DNA of 64,000 nt, taken from NCBI GenBank assembly GCA_002189035.1, contig NEEC01000002.1, forward strand, positions 1-64,000, read 5' to 3'. Each line of letters begins with the position of its first letter. Within the stretch, counting starts at the first letter, position 1. The DNA comes from Utricularia gibba (lineage: Eukaryota; Plantae; Magnoliophyta). The translations under genes were made by a program, and so were the position numbers. A model generated the notes under the pieces. That model saw only the letters and a list, made by a program, of their open reading frames with translations. It was not told the origin of the DNA and made no database searches. This document shows positions 61,151 through 64,000 of the stretch, in pieces.

Positions 61151-63649
61151 TCACCAGTAATCATTACAAGAGCAAGCGCCGTCGTGGATGTGATGGAACC
61201 TGTTTATATCCCTCACGATTATTTCCCTGTCCACGATCCTAGATGCGAACTTCATTGCAACATGGCAGTCCGCACAAATACGGAGATTCTTAATTATGTG
61301 GATGGGGCTTCCAGGTGGCAGTCTGAGAATGGCAAAAGCTAAAGCTATTCTTTCGCTATGTTGCCACAACAGAGGAGCCTTGTCATCTTCTTCCACGTCA
61401 AGCAACACAGTGGCATTGTTAGGAGTATAACCTGCTGCTCTGGTTTTAAGGTTGAGCCATTCGAGCATGCCACGAATTAACTTGATGTCTTGGTGCGAGT
61501 CATCTCCAACGGCAAAATAATGAACAATACCCTGGTTTTCCACCCAACTAAGTCCCGGTTCCTTCTTCACACGTTCCTTCTTCATTCTTTTGCGGACAAC
61601 AGCTACCTTATCAAATTTCTTCGCTGTGGCATATATGTTAGACAGTAGCACATAAGTGGATTCATCTTGAGTATCTAACTCAAGCACACGATCAGCTGCA
61701 AACGTACCAAGCTCAACATTGTTATGCGCAGCACAAGCCCCGAGTAGAGCACGCCACAGCATGAGACTTGGCTCTTCAGGAATTTCTTCTATTAACTGAA
61801 CAGCCTTGTCAAGATGCCCCAATCTCCCAAATAAGGATACCATGCAAGTGTAGTGTTCCATGCAAGGCTTAATGCCAAAATCCTCTCTCATGGACGTGAA
61901 ATAATATTGCCCTTGATCTAAAAATCCTGTGTTGCTGCAAGCTGAGAGCACAGCAACAAAGGTCAAGTGGTTCGGAATAACATCAGATTTCTGCATATTT
62001 TCAAACATTTCCAAAGCCTCAGCACCAAGACCATGCATTGAGTAGGCAGACACTATCGAGTTCCATGAAACAACATCTCTCTCGTTCATTGTATTGAAAA
62101 TATTTCGAGCTTCCTTGATTCGTCCGCACTTTGCATACATGTCCACAAGCGCATTGCTCACAGCCCCATCATCATCATATGATTCCTTGATAGTCATTGT
62201 ATGTATTTGAACACCAGCTTCCAAGGCAGCCAAACTTGCAGAAGCACGAAGTAAGCTTGAATATGTTACTTCGGTTGGCCTGACTTGATCTTGTTGCATT
62301 GCGATGAACAGTCCAAAGGCACTCTCAGCTTCTCCTAGCTGAACGTATCCAACTAGCATTGTGTTCCACGAGACCTCATTTTTGTTTCTCGAATGCAAAA
62401 AGAGGTTAGCTGAAGCTTCCATTTTCCCACACTTAGCATACACATCCATCAGAGCATTAAAGGAAAATACATTCAAGTCGAGACCCGCTTTTACCATGTG
62501 GCAGTGTACTTGTGTCCCCAATTGCAGGTTACTCATGGTAGCGCAAGCTTGAAGCACACTAGCTAAAGTGAACTGGTTGGGGCGCACTAATGCATTCAGC
62601 ATGCCATGGAACATACCCAAAGCCTCCTCGCAATGATTGCTTTGTGAGTATCTTGCGATCATAAAACTCCAAGGAACAACATCGTCCTTTGGAATCTCTT
62701 CAAAGACACTCCTAGCATCCTCAAGGTTCCCGATACTGGTGTACAAGTCAAGCAAAGAAACGCCTACATATGGATCCACTTCATAACAAGCCTTTAGAAT
62801 ACAGCCGTGAATACTCATTCCCAAGCCATCATATTCGAGTCCAATGCAAGCCTTAATCACGCTTGCAAAGGTAAAGTTATTGGGCAGGTATCCTTCCCTC
62901 CTCATTTGACTGAAGAGTTCCAATGCCTCTTTGAAGCAACCATTCTCAGCATGACTGGCCACCAACCCAGTCCAGCAAACCATGTCCTTCCCAACGACCC
63001 CTTTGAAAACTTCCATCGCAGAGGATAGAGACCCAGAAACCGAATACGCATCAATCAGAGCTGTACCAACATAGGAGTCAGAATCATGACCAAGCTTATG
63101 GACACAAGCATGTATGCTACAAACCAGTCCCCTCCAATCCAAGGTGATAATCAACTTTAAAATAGTGGTAAAAACAAAGGGATTCAGCTCGATACCCTCT
63201 CTGTGCAACCTGCGGATCAAGTCAACAGCTTTACCGTATTCTTCAAAATTCATATACCCCTGGATCATAGTAACAAATGAGACGACGTTTCTCTCCAGCA
63301 TTTCGTCGAACAGCGTAGCACCTTCCAACAAACGCCCCGTTTTCGTGTAGAGATTTAATAAAATGTTCCAAGAAAACAAGTCCAAACAGTTTCCCCTCTT
63401 CAGAATATTGCAATGGATGCTTTCTCCTCCAACGGGGTGGCCGTTCTTTATGCAATCTTGCAGCATTTCCGCGCATAGCCTGGAATCGAGTGTGTAGCTT
63501 AATGAGGATAGTTCTTGCTTGCTCGCCCCTTGCTGCAGCCGTCCAATAGAAGAGAAACGATGGTGCAAAAAAGAGAGGGCGTAGTTGGGAGAACGCTGCG
63601 CTGCCAACCTCCATTGCTGTAGGAGTCTCCCGCCTCTTGGGACAACCAT
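61151..63649 (-). CDS. PLS-class PPR-DYW protein (PCMP-H type, probably mitochondrial)
   Basis: Intronless; ATG at 63649 (the track start is a TTG); PLS repeats, E/E+ domain (KKEPGLSW), HSERIALAF...CADCH...CSCNDYW. Confidence 0.93.
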   Translation of the reverse strand: MVVPRGGRLLQQWRLAAQRSPNYALSFLHHRFSSIGRLQQGASKQELSSLSYTLDSRLCAEMLQDCIKNGHPVGGESIHCNILKRGNCLDLFSWNILLNLYTKTGRLLEGATLFDEMLERNVVSFVTMIQGYMNFEEYGKAVDLIRRLHREGIELNPFVFTTILKLIITLDWRGLVCSIHACVHKLGHDSDSYVGTALIDAYSVSGSLSSAMEVFKGVVGKDMVCWTGLVASHAENGCFKEALELFSQMRREGYLPNNFTFASVIKACIGLEYDGLGMSIHGCILKACYEVDPYVGVSLLDLYTSIGNLEDARSVFEEIPKDDVVPWSFMIARYSQSNHCEEALGMFHGMLNALVRPNQFTLASVLQACATMSNLQLGTQVHCHMVKAGLDLNVFSFNALMDVYAKCGKMEASANLFLHSRNKNEVSWNTMLVGYVQLGEAESAFGLFIAMQQDQVRPTEVTYSSLLRASASLAALEAGVQIHTMTIKESYDDDGAVSNALVDMYAKCGRIKEARNIFNTMNERDVVSWNSIVSAYSMHGLGAEALEMFENMQKSDVIPNHLTFVAVLSACSNTGFLDQGQYYFTSMREDFGIKPCMEHYTCMVSLFGRLGHLDKAVQLIEEIPEEPSLMLWRALLGACAAHNNVELGTFAADRVLELDTQDESTYVLLSNIYATAKKFDKVAVVRKRMKKERVKKEPGLSWVENQGIVHYFAVGDDSHQDIKLIRGMLEWLNLKTRAAGYTPNNATVLLDVEEDDKAPLLWQHSERIALAFAILRLPPGSPIHIIKNLRICADCHVAMKFASRIVDREIIVRDINRFHHIHDGACSCNDYW

Positions 63650-64000
63650 CCGTTGCCCCAACTTCAAGGCCAAACAAAAACACCGTTGGATGGCAAAACG
63701 GGTGTGTTGCTAATGGGCCGAGAGTGAAGCCCCGGCCCGATCTCCCCTGTCTGCAGTGACAGGCGCAGCTCATGTTTTCTTGGTATATTACTTCTTAATT
63801 TGGATCCACTTTTTATGATTTTCTTACCAAAAGAAAAAAAATGGAAAAAAAGCGACGCGAAGATATTTTTGGCCAGGGAAATGACAAGTACAACGGCATA
63901 TGCTGCATCAGCTCCCGGTCAACGAGGATTAGCTAAAACGCACCCCCTGACCACGGAGCGTGCGCCGCCGTGGCTTGGCGTGCAGAACGAGCGAGAGAGA

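Noticed and set aside
63243-63773. 176-aa minus-strand ORF
   Set aside because: Alternative frame overlapping the PPR-DYW N-terminus; no family signal.

Overview
This is the left end of a chromosome from a flowering plant with a very compact genome. It is probably an asterid eudicot (inference from the VVGHHTS motif in PHYB, mostly 65-140 bp introns, and about one locus per 3 kb). Bases 1-256 are Arabidopsis-type telomere repeat (CCCTAAA) grading into variant units. Manual splicing supports 19 protein-coding genes: SCL28-like SR protein, DUF1749 hydrolase, CASP-like, PHYB, peroxidase 40-like, GALT3, SAM synthetase, PPR2/EMB2750-like, PTI1/CARK-like kinase, PDK, Fcf2, HUA2-like, HCF136, plastid transaldolase, IRX10/IRX10-L, OTU1, an SWSAP1-like P-loop protein, RARE1-like PPR-DYW and a second PPR-DYW. 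Three decayed pseudogenes are also present (NPSN SNARE, LysM-domain protein, mitochondrial Rieske protein). I found no supportable tRNA, rRNA, CRISPR array or transposon. Highlights: (1) a six-exon, 231-aa homolog of the Shu-complex subunit SWSAP1 that is almost invisible in the ORF track and lies head-to-head, 104 bp from RARE1; (2) a cluster of gene-decay signatures (deletion-riddled pseudogenes, an HRD->HRG kinase, frameshifted HUA2 and CASPL, eroded PDK); (3) a PHYB with an extra Cys next to the chromophore Cys and a strong G-quadruplex motif in intron 3; (4) a GALT3 intron bracketed by an inverted repeat; (5) four GC-AG introns. Family assignments and Arabidopsis gene names come from recalled sequences, not from database searches.
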